The notes beneath the pieces were generated by a model, which was not told where the DNA came from, ran no database searches, and saw only the letters and a program-made list of their open reading frames with translations. This document shows, piece after piece, positions 62,233 through 64,000 of a DNA stretch of 64,000 nt; the first letter of the stretch is position 1, and every line of letters begins with the position of its first letter. This stretch comes from Raillietiella orientalis (taxonomy: Eukaryota): contig JAYWIR010000013.1 in NCBI GenBank assembly GCA_036172245.1, positions 4,092,001-4,156,000 on the forward strand, given 5' to 3'. Both the position numbers and the translations under genes were made by a program.

Positions 62233-64000
62233 GCTGAAAGGGAAACAGGGAAGACAGAAAAGAACCCCAGAGGGATTTTCCATCTGGGTGCAGAGCGCGC
62301 GCGCGCGGGCTGCGATGCAGCAGTGCTGTCGTGCGTGCACGCAGCGCTCGTAAAGAAGTAACATCCCCCATACGAAGCCAGACTCGAGTGCACGTTATGA
62401 TCGATTGTGGCTCTTTCTGTGAGTGCGTTTGTTCAGATTATGTATCCCACGTCAAGAGAGACGCACCTGCTTCCCTTCAGATGCCCTGCGGGACAGCTGC
62501 CATGTGGAAGAAGAAATGCAGGTGTACTTCGGAGACCAGAGTCAAGAGAGAAACGGAGCAAGCCCAAACTTGTTCATCGCAGTCAGGAAGCAGTCAGAAA
62601 CAGTCGAGGAAGCTGCGGAATCTGAAAATCCATTAAGTTTAGCAGGAGATGGAAACAGCTCATGAAGATGTGCCCCTGGCACTGGCTGCAGAACTCATGT
62701 CATTCGAGATGGCATGACGAAAGACGAAGCACGAGTCTGCTAAAAATCAGAGCAAGTCATTCTCTATCTGATTATCACGAACACTCTTGGCATCCTGCTG
62801 AAAGGTGAGTAAGACGTGGAGAGAAGGGGAGGCGGATACGCTTGGACAAACGCAAGCGTGGTCACGAGTGAAGTTTTGCTCCACACGAAGGGTCCAGGTG
62901 GCCGGACGGAAAGAGTTTCCACCACGTGCGAAACTCGTGGACGCTGCTCCCGGATGCAGCAGGTACAGCGGGAAGCACTGGATCGCAGCTTCCCTGCACC
63001 AAAACCCATGTGGCTCTGGTCCGTGCTTCCGCAAGCGTGTTCCGCCTTTTTCCTAATCAGATCTTCAGGGAAAACGGAGCAAAAGAAGGAGAGCTGGAGA
63101 AGAGAGGTACGAAGCCTTTGCGAAGGAGAGGAATCGGATCAGCGAAACAGAGAGACTTTGGCCGACGCCTTGTTTTCTTTTGCAGCATAAGCGAGTGAGG
63201 TCAGCTCGTCGCCTACGACCCGTGACGGCGTTGCCTCCTTCGAACGGAAGACGACGAAGACATCAACAGATGATTCTCAAACGATTGCTTGTACTGGGGC
63301 GAAATGCAGGAAGCAAAGTGGCAGTGCGTGCCACTCACTCACGGTGTCGAGATCTGTGGACGAAGATCCATGCAATCATCCAGCTCCAAGTGACGATGCT
63401 CGCTCGTTCCGGTATCCTGGGCGAAAACTGACCATGAAAGAGGTTCTGAAGGAAACCGGCGCTTGTTCAGAATCGCCGGAGGAATTTTTCGTCGCGTTCT
63501 TCCATGACAACGGAAGCCTTGGAGTGTTCCCGAAGCAACAGCCGCATCCTGCTTCCCTTGGACTTCGGCGTCTCTTCCAGCACTTTTCCGAAGCCTTAAC
63601 TGTTCCCTTATCCCAACCTTGCTGGGTCTGCTGACAACCTCGACATCTCTCTCCCCTTCGCTCCATATGAGTCGCCAATTTAAGCGGCATAAGTCTTGCG
63701 GCAGAGGAAGATGAGAGGGAGATTTTCGAAGCCACTCTTTCCTACCAGCAAGTGAGGATGGCTTCGAAAACCTGAAAACACAAGGAGACACACCTGGAAG
63801 TAGTGTTGGTTGATTGGAGCCCCACGCGAACCCTGTGTTGTTTCCCGGCTTTCGTCCAGACTCAGAATTTCAAGTATCGAAAGGGATGCTCGTTGGGACA
63901 GCGTCCACTCTTCCGTCGAATCTTCTTCATGCAAACTGATTTCCATTTAAAGCCTTGAAGATTTCCGGGTTTTCAAAGTCTTCAAAGTGTACAACATGTT

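Overview
This looks like eukaryotic, repeat-dense, gene-poor DNA (GC roughly half). I can find no intact protein-coding gene. Nearly all recognisable homology is frameshifted remnant, identified by eye from motif order, with no database search. (1) About nine L1/Tx1-like APE-type LINE fragments from at least two subfamilies. Seven of them share a conserved non-poly(A) 3' terminus, roughly AATAAA-CGCCCYGGCGYAMCCGGGTG. (2) One decayed restriction-like-endonuclease-clade (NeSL/Utopia/R2-like) non-LTR element and one CR1/Jockey/RTE-type RT fragment. (3) Six copies or fragments of a 550-830 bp SINE-like family with a double tRNA-like head, an internal ~38-40 bp minisatellite, a 3' hairpin and an oligo-A tail. 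(4) A ~7.5 kb Helitron/Helentron Rep-PIF1 remnant with nested insertions. (5) PIF/Harbinger, pogo/Tigger and weak MULE transposase remnants, plus a pogo-type MITE. (6) A strikingly well-preserved ~890 bp inverted repeat. (7) A 34-nt U2 snRNA 5' fragment. (8) Pseudogene remnants of a PHF14/BRPF-like PHD finger, a TTBK/CK1-like kinase and possibly a second kinase. Most long ORFs in the six-frame track are spurious. Boundaries of degenerate elements are approximate.
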